From Nitrospiraceae bacterium (GTDB lineage: Bacteria > Nitrospirota > Nitrospiria > Nitrospirales > Nitrospiraceae), in contig JBFWWG010000023.1 of the NCBI GenBank assembly GCA_050246315.1, positions 1-28,685 of the forward strand: 28,685 nt of DNA, given 5' to 3'. A model generated the notes under the pieces. It had not been told where the DNA came from and searched no databases. It was given only the letters and a program-made list of their open reading frames with translations. How positions within the stretch are numbered: the first letter of the stretch is position 1; the number at the start of each line of letters is the position of its first letter. This document shows positions 19,105 to 28,564 of the stretch, piece by piece. Both the position numbers and the translations under genes were made by a program.

Positions 19105-21057
19105 CTATACCCAAAGTCGAGGATCTCGCTCTTCTCCACTGCTGCATGACAGGTTAGGACCTTTTTGATCGACGCATTCAGGCACTTCCTTCCCCTGGCG
19201 CCTTCCCTTCTCCAGTGCAACCAGCAAAATGGAGATCGCAGCCGGTGTGATACCGGAAATCCTCGAAGCTTGTCCAATCGATGCTGGACGAACACGATTC
19301 AGCTTTTCGAGGACCTCCCGTGAAAATCCCTTCACACTCTCATAGGAAAAGTTGTTCGGGATGGACTTCGACTCAAATCGCTTGAACCGCTCCACTTGCT
19401 TGATCTGTCGGTGGATATAGCCTTCGTATTTCACTTCCATTTCAGTAGCATCAACAAGATCGCCCACGATAGGCGGATCTTCTCCAATGATGTCCCAGAG
19501 ATCATTGCACGAGACGCCTGGGCGCTTCAGCAGTTGCGCGAGAGTGTGAGTTGGCAGGACTCCTTCGATCTCTCGTTCTTTGAGTCGTTCTCTTACCGCC
19601 AATGACCACGGGATCCTTCTATCGCACAATTGGGAAACTGCCTTTTCTATCTGTTCCTTCTTGGTGGAACAACGTCGCATGGTCGCCTCGTCGATCAACC
19701 CGATCCTGTGACCGTGCCCCATCAACCGAAGGTCTGCATTGTCGTGCCGAAGCAGTAATCGATACTCAGCGCGCGAGGTAAACATTCGGTAAGGCTCCAA
19801 CGTGTCCTTTGTAATCAGGTCGTCAATCAAAACTCCGATATAGGCCTCGGATCGATCCAGAACGAAGGGCGTATTGCCAAGAATCTTCGCCGCGGCATTA
19901 ATACCTGCCATGAGCCCCTGGGCCGCTGCTTCCTCATAACCCGACGTCCCATTGATCTGGCCGGCATGGTACAAGCCTTCCACTAGCTTCGTCTCCAACG
20001 TCGGGTGGAGTTGCCTCGGAGGAAAATAGTCATATTCGATCGCATAGCCCGGCTTGAGCATGGCCGCCTGTCCAAGGCCCGGGATAGTCCTGAGGATCGC
20101 GGCTTGGACATCCACAGGTAGGCTCGTCGAAATGCCATTCGGATACCAGGAGTCAGTATCAATCCCTTCCGGCTCAAGAAACACCTGATGCCTTCCCTTA
20201 TCCGCGAATCGCACGACCTTATCCTCGATCGATGGACAATATCTGGGTCCCATCGCTTCGATTCGCCCGCTGTACAGAGGAGATCGATCCAGGTTGTCCT
20301 GAATGATCCGATGTGTCTCCTGATTCGTGTAGGTAAGATAACAATGCAGTTGAGGGGTCGTGATGGCGGCGGTGCGATAGGAAAATGGCGGCGGCGGATC
20401 ATCACCAGGTTGGATTGTCATCACGGAAAAATCGATGGTTCGGCGGTCGAGTCGGGGCGGCGTACCGGTCTTAAGGCGGCCTAGTTGAAAACCCAGATCA
20501 CGCATGCAATCGGACAGATGCTCAGCCGAGGCTTCTCCGGCTCGTCCCGCCGGGAAATGGTTCAATCCGATATGGATTAATCCCTTAAGGAATGTTCCTG
20601 AAGTCAACACGACGGCCTTGGCCGAGACCCTGTCTCCGCCGTTCGTCACCACTCCTGTCACACGCCCTCCAGCCGTCAGCAACCGATCGACCGTCCCCTC
20701 CCAGACGGCCAACCCCGGCACGCTCTGAATCGTCTCCTGCATGTATCGGCGATACCGCACCTTGTCGCATTGTGCGCGCAGAGCACGGACCGCCGGCCCC
20801 TTGCTGGTATTGATCATCCGGAATTGGATGCCCGCGCGGTCGGTATTGCGCGCCATTTCTCCGCCCAACGCATCGATTTCCTTGACAAGATGCCCTTTGG
20901 CAATCCCACCGATCGCCGGGTTACAGGACATCTGGGCGATCGTATCCGGCGCGATCGTCAGTAGGACGACGCGTACACCCATGCGCGCGGCCGCCAAGGC
21001 GGCCTCACAGCCCGCATGCCCGCCTCCCACGACGATCACATCGCACGAATGGCTCAC
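19105..21057 (-). CDS. mnmG: tRNA uridine-5-carboxymethylaminomethyl modification enzyme MnmG (GidA), 650 aa
   Basis: [44 protein letters not shown] and [20 protein letters not shown] at 21057 has GGAGGG 7 nt upstream; the ORF-track start overlaps mnmE. Confidence 0.98.
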   Translation of the reverse strand: MSHSCDVIVVGGGHAGCEAALAAARMGVRVVLLTIAPDTIAQMSCNPAIGGIAKGHLVKEIDALGGEMARNTDRAGIQFRMINTSKGPAVRALRAQCDKVRYRRYMQETIQSVPGLAVWEGTVDRLLTAGGRVTGVVTNGGDRVSAKAVVLTSGTFLKGLIHIGLNHFPAGRAGEASAEHLSDCMRDLGFQLGRLKTGTPPRLDRRTIDFSVMTIQPGDDPPPPFSYRTAAITTPQLHCYLTYTNQETHRIIQDNLDRSPLYSGRIEAMGPRYCPSIEDKVVRFADKGRHQVFLEPEGIDTDSWYPNGISTSLPVDVQAAILRTIPGLGQAAMLKPGYAIEYDYFPPRQLHPTLETKLVEGLYHAGQINGTSGYEEAAAQGLMAGINAAAKILGNTPFVLDRSEAYIGVLIDDLITKDTLEPYRMFTSRAEYRLLLRHDNADLRLMGHGHRIGLIDEATMRRCSTKKEQIEKAVSQLCDRRIPWSLAVRERLKEREIEGVLPTHTLAQLLKRPGVSCNDLWDIIGEDPPIVGDLVDATEMEVKYEGYIHRQIKQVERFKRFESKSIPNNFSYESVKGFSREVLEKLNRVRPASIGQASRISGITPAAISILLVALEKGRRQGKEVPECVDQKGPNLSCSSGEERDPRLWV

Positions 21058-21079
21058 GTTCACACCCTCCGGCGAGACG

Positions 21080-22522
21080 CTACTTGCCGATACAAAACTC
21101 CGCAAAAATCCGATCCAACACATCCTCGGTTGACACCCTGCCGGTGATTTCTCCGAGTGGGTCCAACGCCGCCCGCAAATCTGCAGCCAGGAACTCCGGA
21201 GCGAGCCGCCCTGCCACCGATTCCCTCGCACTGCCAAGCGCCTCTCTTGCCCGTTCAAGAGCCTGCCGATGTCGCAGTTTCGTAATCACGGCGCCTTCCC
21301 GTGCCTCCAGAGAGCGAGGGACCAGTGCATGGGCGATCTCACATCGAAGTGTGCCGAGGTTTTCGCCGGTTCTTGCAGACAAGGTCACAACCGGTTGCCC
21401 ATGCGACAGAGGAGAAAGGAACTCCCGGCTCCATCGCATCGGGCGATCTGACTTATTGACCACGATGAGGCGTCGATGTAATTCCGTTCGGTGGAGCACC
21501 TCTTCATCTTCGGCAGAGAACTCTTCCGATCCATCCAGCACGGCCAGGACCAGATCCGCGTCCTCTAGAGCCATCCCCGTGCGTCGTATACCCTCCTGCT
21601 CAATGGGATCTTCGCTTCTCCGCACGCCCGCCGTATCCGACAGCCGTACGGCGATCCCTTCAATGAGCACCTGCTCTTCCAGCACATCCCTGGTCGTTCC
21701 CGGAATCGATGTGACGATCGCACGGTCCGATTGCAGAAGCGCATTGAGGAGGCTGGACTTACCGACGTTGGGCCGGCCGACGATGACAACTTTGGCTCCG
21801 TGCATCAAAATCCGCCCTTCCTCCCAACTCGACAACAGCCGATCCACAGCCATGATGGCGCGAGCAAGCCCAGCGAGAAGTTCATGGTCGGACACGAAAA
21901 CGACGTCCTCCTCCACAAAATCGATTCCAGCCTCCACCTGGGCCAACAACCCCGTGATCGCTTCCACGATCTTATTGATTTCGCAAGACAGTTTCCCACG
22001 GAGGAGTTCCTGGGCCAGGCGTAGACTCTCATCGCTTCTCGCTCGAATCGCCTCTAGCACCCCTTCGGCCTGCGAGAGGTCAAGGCGCCCGTTGAGGAAC
22101 GCCCGCCTCGTGAATTCTCCCGGCTCGGCGAGTCGCGCCCCGTTCATGACCAACCACTCGCAGATTCGGTTGACGATGAACCGCCCGCCATGGCACTGCA
22201 CCTCGACGACATCCTCGCCGGTGTAGGAGCGCGGAGCGCGCATGACAACCACGAGAGCAAGATCCAGGTTGGTCACCGGCCGAGCACGACCGGGACTCAT
22301 GCCGTGGTCCCTCAACAACTCCGCCGAATCGGCGGAGCCACAGACTTCGGCCCGGTAGAGACGATGAGAATCAACGCTGAGCAGATTTGAGTGGGAACGA
22401 AGTCGAACGAGTCGATCGACGAGGGGCACCGCGTGAGGTCCGCTCACGCGGACGATCGCGACTCCCCCTTCCCCAGGCGGGGTGGCCACGGCACAAATTG
22501 TATCGTTGCCTTCCGGAACCAT
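21080..22522 (-). CDS. mnmE: tRNA modification GTPase MnmE (TrmE)
   Basis: [45 protein letters not shown] and the C-terminal FCIGK. Confidence 0.98.
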   Translation of the reverse strand: MVPEGNDTICAVATPPGEGGVAIVRVSGPHAVPLVDRLVRLRSHSNLLSVDSHRLYRAEVCGSADSAELLRDHGMSPGRARPVTNLDLALVVVMRAPRSYTGEDVVEVQCHGGRFIVNRICEWLVMNGARLAEPGEFTRRAFLNGRLDLSQAEGVLEAIRARSDESLRLAQELLRGKLSCEINKIVEAITGLLAQVEAGIDFVEEDVVFVSDHELLAGLARAIMAVDRLLSSWEEGRILMHGAKVVIVGRPNVGKSSLLNALLQSDRAIVTSIPGTTRDVLEEQVLIEGIAVRLSDTAGVRRSEDPIEQEGIRRTGMALEDADLVLAVLDGSEEFSAEDEEVLHRTELHRRLIVVNKSDRPMRWSREFLSPLSHGQPVVTLSARTGENLGTLRCEIAHALVPRSLEAREGAVITKLRHRQALERAREALGSARESVAGRLAPEFLAADLRAALDPLGEITGRVSTEDVLDRIFAEFCIGK

Positions 22523-22588
22523 GACCTCATGCCGGCATCACCGTGATCGACACCCTGTCCTCTCTGTGCTCTATATCACGAAGCGTGC

Positions 22589-24286
22589 TCAGGCCCGTGA
22601 ATCCGCCTCGGCAGGGGCAGGTTGACTGGCACCCGGCCTCTTGAAGATGAATCGGTCCGTCACGAATTGCTGGGCGATCGTCAAGCTGTTATTCGTCACC
22701 CAGTACAAGACCAACCCTGCGGGAAAGGTCAAGAACAAGAACGTGAGCATCACGGGAAGGATCAGCATCACCTTGGCCTGCGTGGGGTCCAGCGTGGTCG
22801 GGGTCATTTTCTGCTGGAGCACCATGGTGCCCCCCATGATGACGGGCAGCACGTAAAACGGATCGGGTACGGAGAGGTCTTTGATCCACAAGAAAAAGGG
22901 TGCCTGCCGGAGATCGATGGTCATATAGAGGATGTTGAACAGCGCGACAAAAACCGGCATCTGCAGCACCATCGGCAGACAGCCGCCGACCGGATTGACC
23001 TTATGGTCCCGATACAGCTTGATCAATTCCTTATTCAGTCGCTCGCGGTCATCCTTGTGTTTCTCCTGGAGCGCCAATACCTTTGGCTGGATCACCTGCA
23101 TGTCCTTCATGGACTTGTAGCTCTTGTATTGGAGCGGCGCGAACAGAAGCTTGATACAGACGGTCAGCAGGATAATCGTGATCCCGTAGTTGTGGGTGAC
23201 CTCGTTGATCGTCCGCAACACCGAGAAGAGGGGCTTCGCCACCATCTTGACGACACTCCAACTCCCATAAATGAACCAACCGAAGTCGATTGTGTCTTCC
23301 AGGCCGATCTGAAAAGAACGGAGCGTATCGTATTCCTTGGGTCCTGCGTAGAGTTGAAGCCTTACCGGTTGCCCCTCCGTGGGCGCAACCCTTACCTCCG
23401 AGGACACCACTCGCTCGCTCTCCTTCTTGACCCGGACTGACCTGCCCTGAGAGGGGATGATCACGCTCATGAAATACTTGTCCTGCAGGGCCGCCCACTG
23501 CACGATCCCAGACCGTTCCGCTTCTCCTTCCGGCGTTTCCTTTTCAATTTTGTCATCGACCATGGACGCAGGACCGATCAAGCCGATGAACCCTTCACCC
23601 CATTCGATAATCCCGAAATTCGTTCCCATACCCACATCGATGGGGCCTTGGATGCCTTCGGTTTTCACCTCAACATCCACCACATAGCTGTTATGGTGAA
23701 AGCCCAGGGTCTTCTGGACTGTGAGGCCGGATGTTGGATTCTTGTATGTAAACGTCACCCGGCCCGTCGGGCGACTCGGATCCAATCGGAGCCCGGTCTC
23801 CTCGATCCTATAAAAGGCCTGCCGCATTTCTTTGGTCGCCGCCTCGTCGGACACACGCAGCGCAAGCGGGCCCGGAAATTGTCCACCTTTGTGTACCAAT
23901 TGAACCGGCTCAGGGCCGGAGTCGGTCTCGGTCGAGTAGCGCTTTAACTGCCACGTCTTGATCACACCGCCCTTGTTCGTCAGCTCGATCCTGAGAAGAT
24001 CTGTCTCGATCGTCACTATCTGCTCAGCACCGGCCTCGCTTTCCTTTGCCGAGATTGTTCCACTTCGACTTTCCGATCCAGCAATCTTGGGCACCGGCAC
24101 GTTTCCTGTGGCTGGTGCTTCCGCAGGCTGAGATTCTGCCTTGGGCTCGGACTTGTCCCTGGAGTTAACCACCGGGGCAGCATCCTCAGGAGTCGATGGG
24201 ATGATGCCGAATTGCTTCATGAGATAGTCGTATCCGACCACAATGATTAGCGAGAGGACGAGAAAGATGATGACGCGCCGTTCCAT
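22589..24286 (-). CDS. yidC: Membrane protein insertase YidC
   Basis: N-terminal TM, large periplasmic domain, YAGPKEY, DFGWF, NP.GGCLPMVLQMPVF and PAGLVLYW. Confidence 0.98.
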   Translation of the reverse strand: MERRVIIFLVLSLIIVVGYDYLMKQFGIIPSTPEDAAPVVNSRDKSEPKAESQPAEAPATGNVPVPKIAGSESRSGTISAKESEAGAEQIVTIETDLLRIELTNKGGVIKTWQLKRYSTETDSGPEPVQLVHKGGQFPGPLALRVSDEAATKEMRQAFYRIEETGLRLDPSRPTGRVTFTYKNPTSGLTVQKTLGFHHNSYVVDVEVKTEGIQGPIDVGMGTNFGIIEWGEGFIGLIGPASMVDDKIEKETPEGEAERSGIVQWAALQDKYFMSVIIPSQGRSVRVKKESERVVSSEVRVAPTEGQPVRLQLYAGPKEYDTLRSFQIGLEDTIDFGWFIYGSWSVVKMVAKPLFSVLRTINEVTHNYGITIILLTVCIKLLFAPLQYKSYKSMKDMQVIQPKVLALQEKHKDDRERLNKELIKLYRDHKVNPVGGCLPMVLQMPVFVALFNILYMTIDLRQAPFFLWIKDLSVPDPFYVLPVIMGGTMVLQQKMTPTTLDPTQAKVMLILPVMLTFLFLTFPAGLVLYWVTNNSLTIAQQFVTDRFIFKRPGASQPAPAEADSRA

Positions 24287-24290
24287 CGTG

Positions 24291-24521
24291 TTATCGGACC
24301 GCCTTGTTCAGCGGAACGACGGGGTCGTCGCCACCAGGGTGGAAAGGATGACACTTGCCGAGCCGCACCAGAGTCAACAGGAAACCGTGCGTCACGCCAT
24401 GCACGCGAAGCGCCTCCACGGCATATCGCGAGCAACTTGGGTCAAACCGGCAACAGGGGCCGACCCATGGAGAGACGACCACCTGATACAAGCGGATCAT
24501 CCCTATCAACAGGTCTCTCAT
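24291..24521 (-). CDS. yidD: Membrane protein insertion efficiency factor YidD
   Basis: IRLYQ..SP...CRFDPSCSRYA...RLGKCHPFHPGGDDPV. Confidence 0.96.
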   Translation of the reverse strand: MRDLLIGMIRLYQVVVSPWVGPCCRFDPSCSRYAVEALRVHGVTHGFLLTLVRLGKCHPFHPGGDDPVVPLNKAVR

Positions 24522-24530
24522 ACGGTATCC

Positions 24531-24929
24531 TTAACCCTTCCCCGAACCCTTGCTCCTATCGAGAAGCGACTCGCAATCCAACAGCTCCCGCCACATCTTG
24601 TTGAGAGCGGCAAAGCTTGCCCTCAGGGAAGCGGTCCTGGGAAAGACGATCAGATGGCAGTGCCCCCCCAACTGTCCTTCGATCGCCCGAGCCAGGACCC
24701 GAAATCGGCGTTTAGCTCGATTTCGCACAACGGCCTTTCCAAACTTCCTGCCCACCACGATCGCAACCTTGCTGAGCTCCGCATCAGAAGTCGCCACAAT
24801 CAGGTTAAAGTAGGCGCAGGACAGCCGCTTTCCTGTCCTCTTCGCTCGCTCGATATCCGCACCCCTGCGGAGGAACAGATCGGAGTCCGTCCTTGTGCGA
24901 AGCGCGCGGTCTGCCCCGTTTCCTCCCAT
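24531..24929 (-). CDS. rnpA: Ribonuclease P protein component
   Basis: RNR motif VVGRKFGKAVVRNRAKRRFR; located between rpmH and yidD. Confidence 0.92.
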   Translation of the reverse strand: MGGNGADRALRTRTDSDLFLRRGADIERAKRTGKRLSCAYFNLIVATSDAELSKVAIVVGRKFGKAVVRNRAKRRFRVLARAIEGQLGGHCHLIVFPRTASLRASFAALNKMWRELLDCESLLDRSKGSGKG

Positions 24930-25135
24930 CTCCCTCCCTCACAGGCACGCTTCCATGCCCCGGCCGCCTCAGAAGCCACGATCACGAGTCAATGAACGTG
25001 GATCGGAGTCTGCATGGCTGAGACGGCCGGACGGCATTGGGCCTGATTATCCGGGACCCTGCACGGCAGGGAACAGTGGAAGTTGCGCTGCGGCGAATGG
25101 AACGGGGCTCCTTCGACAGAGACTGGAGCCTAGTT

Positions 25136-25273
25136 TCAGACAGTCAGGCGGGTCCGCCCTTTCGCACGACGACGGGCAATGACCTTCCGTCCACCTTTGG
25201 TGCTCATCCGTTTACGAAACCCGTGTTCCCGTTTGCGCTTCAGATTGGACGGTTGTTGATATGTAAACGACAT
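25136..25273 (-). CDS. rpmH: 50S ribosomal protein L34, 45 aa
   Basis: [45 protein letters not shown], with AAGGAG RBS. Confidence 0.98.
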   Translation of the reverse strand: MSFTYQQPSNLKRKREHGFRKRMSTKGGRKVIARRRAKGRTRLTV

Positions 25274-25303
25274 CACTGGCTCCTTCAGAAATTGAAAGCC
25301 TGG

Positions 25304-25332
25304 ATTATATGGACGGCATGGAACGCTGTCAA
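25304..25332 (-). promoter_or_regulatory. Perfect-consensus sigma70 promoter of the rpmH operon
   Basis: TTGACA (25332-25327), 17-nt spacer, TATAAT (25309-25304). Confidence 0.9.
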
Positions 25333-25351
25333 CGAATCCCATTGAGGATCC

Positions 25352-25360
25352 TTTTCCACA
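25352..25360 (+). promoter_or_regulatory. Single DnaA-box-like 9-mer
   Basis: TTTTCCACA fits TT(A/T)TNCACA and lies about 20 nt upstream of the rpmH -35. It is followed by degenerate CACA repeats. Confidence 0.35.
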
Positions 25361-25570
25361 TTCACACAACCACAATCAATCGGTCACGATCAGCGATCCG
25401 CCGGGGGAGGCCGTCAGATGCTCGATCTTGGCGATCCGTTGCATCATCGCATGACAAGGTCGTCACAGTGATTCCATGACGATACTCCTGAGACGACCTC
25501 TCACATGCAAAGGCGCGACTCACCTCACAGTAGAGCAAAAGACCCTTACTGAGGCGCTTTTCCCCACCCT

Positions 25571-25588
25571 TGTGGCGAGAGCGCCACA
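25571..25588. promoter_or_regulatory. Palindromic putative enhancer (bEBP upstream activating sequence)
   Basis: TGTGGCG-agag-CGCCACA, a perfect 7-bp inverted repeat about 100 nt upstream of a sigma54 -24/-12 motif. Confidence 0.5.
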
Positions 25589-25684
25589 CAGGACCTTGTG
25601 AGTTTCCATGCATTTCTCTTCATCGCTCGCTCCGCAAGCTACTGGGAAGCGCGAGATCTTTAATCGCCAGGCTTCCAGCTCAAT

Positions 25685-25700
25685 TGGCCTAGTCATTGCA
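25685..25700 (+). promoter_or_regulatory. Putative sigma54 (RpoN) -24/-12 promoter
   Basis: TGGCCT-AGTCA-TTGCA has exact GG-N10-GC spacing and ends 46 nt before the ATG at 25747. Confidence 0.6.
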
Positions 25701-25746
25701 TAAGAATTCATAACTCCATCCTCCTCTGTTGGATGAAGGACTGGCG

Positions 25747-25998
25747 ATGAAGGGACGGCTCTTTGCAATTGGTGGTCTTCTCGGGGCTTCCATGGTATCG
25801 CTGGGAACGACGGCTCCACCACAAGAGCCATCATCGGTCCCACGTCTGAAGCAGCCGATCTCGCAAGGTCAGGCGATTGCTCCCGAAGGTACGGACCCGG
25901 CGAGCGTTCAATTCCAACAGGGGAATACGGGGCAAGAGGCTAGGAACCGGATAGAAAATCATCAGCAGGAACAGAAGATACAGGACGCCGACCGCTAA
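25747..25998 (+). CDS. Small hypothetical exported protein, 83 aa
   Basis: AAGGA RBS 6 nt before the ATG. Signal-peptide-like MKGRLFAIGGLLGASMVSLG followed by a Q/P-rich low-complexity segment. Confidence 0.55.
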   Translation: MKGRLFAIGGLLGASMVSLGTTAPPQEPSSVPRLKQPISQGQAIAPEGTDPASVQFQQGNTGQEARNRIENHQQEQKIQDADR

Positions 25999-26104
25999 GC
26001 CTCGGCTCTTCACTTGTAGAATGAGCCCTCTTCGGTCGGTTACCCGGCGGCCGGAGAGGGCTCACGTTTTACTGACGGACAGCGGTTATGAGGAGTACAT
26101 GGTA

Positions 26105-26728
26105 ATGAACTCGATGAGACCACGAATGGCGACGGCTCTTCTGGCCGTGTGTCTACTTCATTCAGGATGCGCTCGAGCTCCGGTCGATCAAATCCAAACT
26201 GCAGAACAAGCGGTCGCAGACGCTCGTGCAGCCGAGGCTGCCAAGTACGCAGCAGAGGATTTTGTTAAGATCGAGGGGCAATTGGGTTTGTTGAGGAAGG
26301 AACTCGAAACCCAGAACGAGAAGTTTTCGTTGATCCGGGACTACGGCAAAGCCGAGCAACTCGCGGCAACGTTGACCTCCGAGGCGCAACAGCTCGTTCA
26401 ATCATCCATCGCCAAGAAGCAGGAGGCTCAGGCAGCCGCCGCTCGTGGCCTTCAGGCGGCACAGGAAGCCATTTCGACCGCACAAGGGTTGGTGGCGAAA
26501 GCTCCAGTCGGGAAGGATCGGTCTGCGTTTGAAGCGATCAAGCATGACGCCGAGGCCCTGTCGCTGTCTCTGCAAGAGGCACAGAAGGCGCTGGAGCAGG
26601 GTGATTATCTGGACGCGCAATACCGGGCCAAGGCGATTGCCGACAAGGCGCAATCATTATCTGAGGAGATTGAGAGCGCCCTTGCTAAGGTCAAGGGGAC
26701 TCGAACCACCAAGGTAGCAACCAGATAG
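26105..26728 (+). CDS. Alanine-rich helical/coiled-coil lipoprotein (DUF4398-like)
   Basis: GAGGAG RBS 9 nt before ATG 26105. Lipobox-like LHSG|C followed by A..A.A.KYA.E repeats and a basic C-terminal tail. Confidence 0.8.
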   Translation: MNSMRPRMATALLAVCLLHSGCARAPVDQIQTAEQAVADARAAEAAKYAAEDFVKIEGQLGLLRKELETQNEKFSLIRDYGKAEQLAATLTSEAQQLVQSSIAKKQEAQAAAARGLQAAQEAISTAQGLVAKAPVGKDRSAFEAIKHDAEALSLSLQEAQKALEQGDYLDAQYRAKAIADKAQSLSEEIESALAKVKGTRTTKVATR

Positions 26729-26765
26729 CGGGCCTGCGAGCCGGTTCTCGCGCGCCCGAGCACGA

Positions 26766-27064
26766 CCAGGCGGTTGAAAAACCTTTCGCCTACCCTTGAA
26801 TGCCGGCACGGCGAGGAATTACGGATGATCTCAGAGCCTCGTGCAGGATGGTCAAAAAGGTCGTCCAGCGCGGCCGCAGCGAGCGAGGAGGTGCCTACCA
26901 CACTTCGAGTGAACCAGCGGCTCGTCGGGCAAAGTCCCTCCCTATTGATGTCGCTGCGGAAACCCTACAGGGTTGAGCCTGTTCGCGTTGGACCCATTTC
27001 ACCAAGAGCACATCGCAAGGGGTGCCGCAACAAAGCTGGTGGACTTTTTCAACATACTATCTAG
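26766..27064 (-). repeat. Long-form MITE-like repeat copy
   Basis: Ends caggcggttgaaaaa and tttttcaacatactatctag form imperfect TIRs. The reverse complement of 26844-26885 matches 28442-28483 at 32/42 nt. Confidence 0.7.
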
Positions 27065-27168
27065 GGAAGGTCTGAATAATTCCCAATCATAATTGGTCGA
27101 CGCACAAAAGACGGAGAATCTGGCCGCTCGCGGTCTAGAATTTCGAATTGATCAGACCTTCCCTAAAT

Positions 27169-28308
27169 ATGAACGTCCGACGATTTAAGACGACAACCCT
27201 CTGCTTGGCCGGAAGCTGGTGTCTCACAGTCGCAGGCGGGTGCGTTCAGGCCCCCCCGCCAGAACTGGTACAGACCGTCGAGGCTCTGGACGGTCAGTTG
27301 ACGGAGGTGGGGGGGGCGGAGTTTGCACCAGAGGAATATGCGCATTTCGTCGAGCGGTGGGTATCCCTCAAGCACAGACTTCAAGATGATGACGATTTGA
27401 TCCGATGGCCCTGGGAACCGAACCGCGTAGCCGATGAAGTGTCCCAGGTCGCTCAAGAGGCGGTCCAGACTCTTTCTCTTGCCATGCAGCGCCGAGAGGA
27501 GCTCCGTCGGACAACCGAAGAGCAGGTTGAGGAGGCGGAGACACGATTGAGCACGTTGAGGCAGCGTGTCGAGGACCTCGGCAGCCGGGCGGTCATCGGG
27601 AAACAACTCATCCAGACGGAGTTACTCGTACACCAGGCTAAGACCGTTTTTGAACAAGGGCGCTACGCCCGCGCCCTGGAACTCTCCCAGATCGCGCTCC
27701 AATCAGTGGGCTCCCAGACGGTCAGTCTCACTCGAGCACTCGGACGATATGCCGACGAAGAACAGGTGCAGGCCTGGCAACAGATGGCCGCTCGTACCAT
27801 CCAATGGTCGCGGTCGAGCCGTGCGCAGGCGCTCATCGTCAATAAGGCTGACCGCCAATTAACGTTGTATCGCAATGGACAGCCTGTTTATACGTATCCG
27901 GTTCGCCTCGGCTTCAACGGCATGCTTGAAAAAAGGCACCAGGGCGACGGCGCGACACCTGAAGGGCAATACCGTATCCTCAGGAAGCACGGACCGGGAG
28001 CCACGCAGTTCTACCGAGCGTTCCTGCTGGACTACCCGAATGCAGACGACCGCCGCCGCTACGATCATTTGCGGGATTCCGGCGAAGTTCCAAACGGTCG
28101 AGGCATCGGAGGTTGGATCGAGATCCACGGACAGGATGACCATGGTCTGGCCCAAACATTGGGCTGCATCATGCTCGATAACTCCCAGATCGTCCACCTG
28201 TACGAGCAAGTCTCTCCTGGGACCCCGGTCACGATCGTCGGCGCACTCGATGTGGACAATCGCGTGTCCCAGGCATTGGGCGACCTCGCCGAATTCGCCG
28301 CAGAGTAG
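27169..28308 (+). CDS. YkuD-family L,D-transpeptidase/carboxypeptidase lipoprotein with N-terminal coiled coil
   Basis: Lipobox-like VAGG|C. IVNKADRQLTLY, K..QGDGATPEGQY, LDYPN..D, catalytic IEIHG...TLGCIML and GTPVTIV. Start is ATG 27169 or TTG 27148. Confidence 0.9.
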   Translation: MNVRRFKTTTLCLAGSWCLTVAGGCVQAPPPELVQTVEALDGQLTEVGGAEFAPEEYAHFVERWVSLKHRLQDDDDLIRWPWEPNRVADEVSQVAQEAVQTLSLAMQRREELRRTTEEQVEEAETRLSTLRQRVEDLGSRAVIGKQLIQTELLVHQAKTVFEQGRYARALELSQIALQSVGSQTVSLTRALGRYADEEQVQAWQQMAARTIQWSRSSRAQALIVNKADRQLTLYRNGQPVYTYPVRLGFNGMLEKRHQGDGATPEGQYRILRKHGPGATQFYRAFLLDYPNADDRRRYDHLRDSGEVPNGRGIGGWIEIHGQDDHGLAQTLGCIMLDNSQIVHLYEQVSPGTPVTIVGALDVDNRVSQALGDLAEFAAE

Positions 28309-28309
28309 G

Positions 28310-28564
28310 CTTGGCATGTTGTTGAAACAGTTCGCCGGCCGGGCACCCGCCCGACAGGTGATCGTCTCTGCAGACCCTCAACGTTTTGGACTCCTTGCAA
28401 GAGGAAGAGCAACGGTCACTCCGAGTACAGCTTCGGACCTTCGCTCACGACAGCCGCGCTGGACGGCCCTTCTGAACATGTTGTGGGCATTTCCGATGAG
28501 CTCCGTTCCATCCAGACATTCGATGTCGGTAGAATTTCCAAATAGTTGTTCAACAGCCTGCTAG
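28310..28564 (+). repeat. Long-form MITE-like repeat copy, inverted relative to 26766-27064
   Basis: TIRs gcatgttgttgaa (28314-28326) and ttcaacagcctgc (28549-28561) match at 11/13, and the element ends in CTAG. Internal match to the 26.8-kb copy. Confidence 0.7.

Noticed and set aside
21058..21258. 67-aa N-terminal extension of MnmG in the ORF track
   Set aside because: It overlaps mnmE. Homology begins at the GTG at 21057, which has a good RBS.
25274..25375. Extended rpmH ORF (79 aa)
   Set aside because: It runs through the consensus promoter; L34 starts at ATG 25273.
25340..25700. Possible oriC
   Set aside because: Only one good DnaA box, no box cluster, no AT-rich unwinding region and no adjacent dnaA.
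26774..27064. 96-aa ORF between the lipoprotein and YkuD genes, and 27875-28564 (229 aa)
   Set aside because: They coincide with MITE-like repeats or an alternate frame of the YkuD gene.
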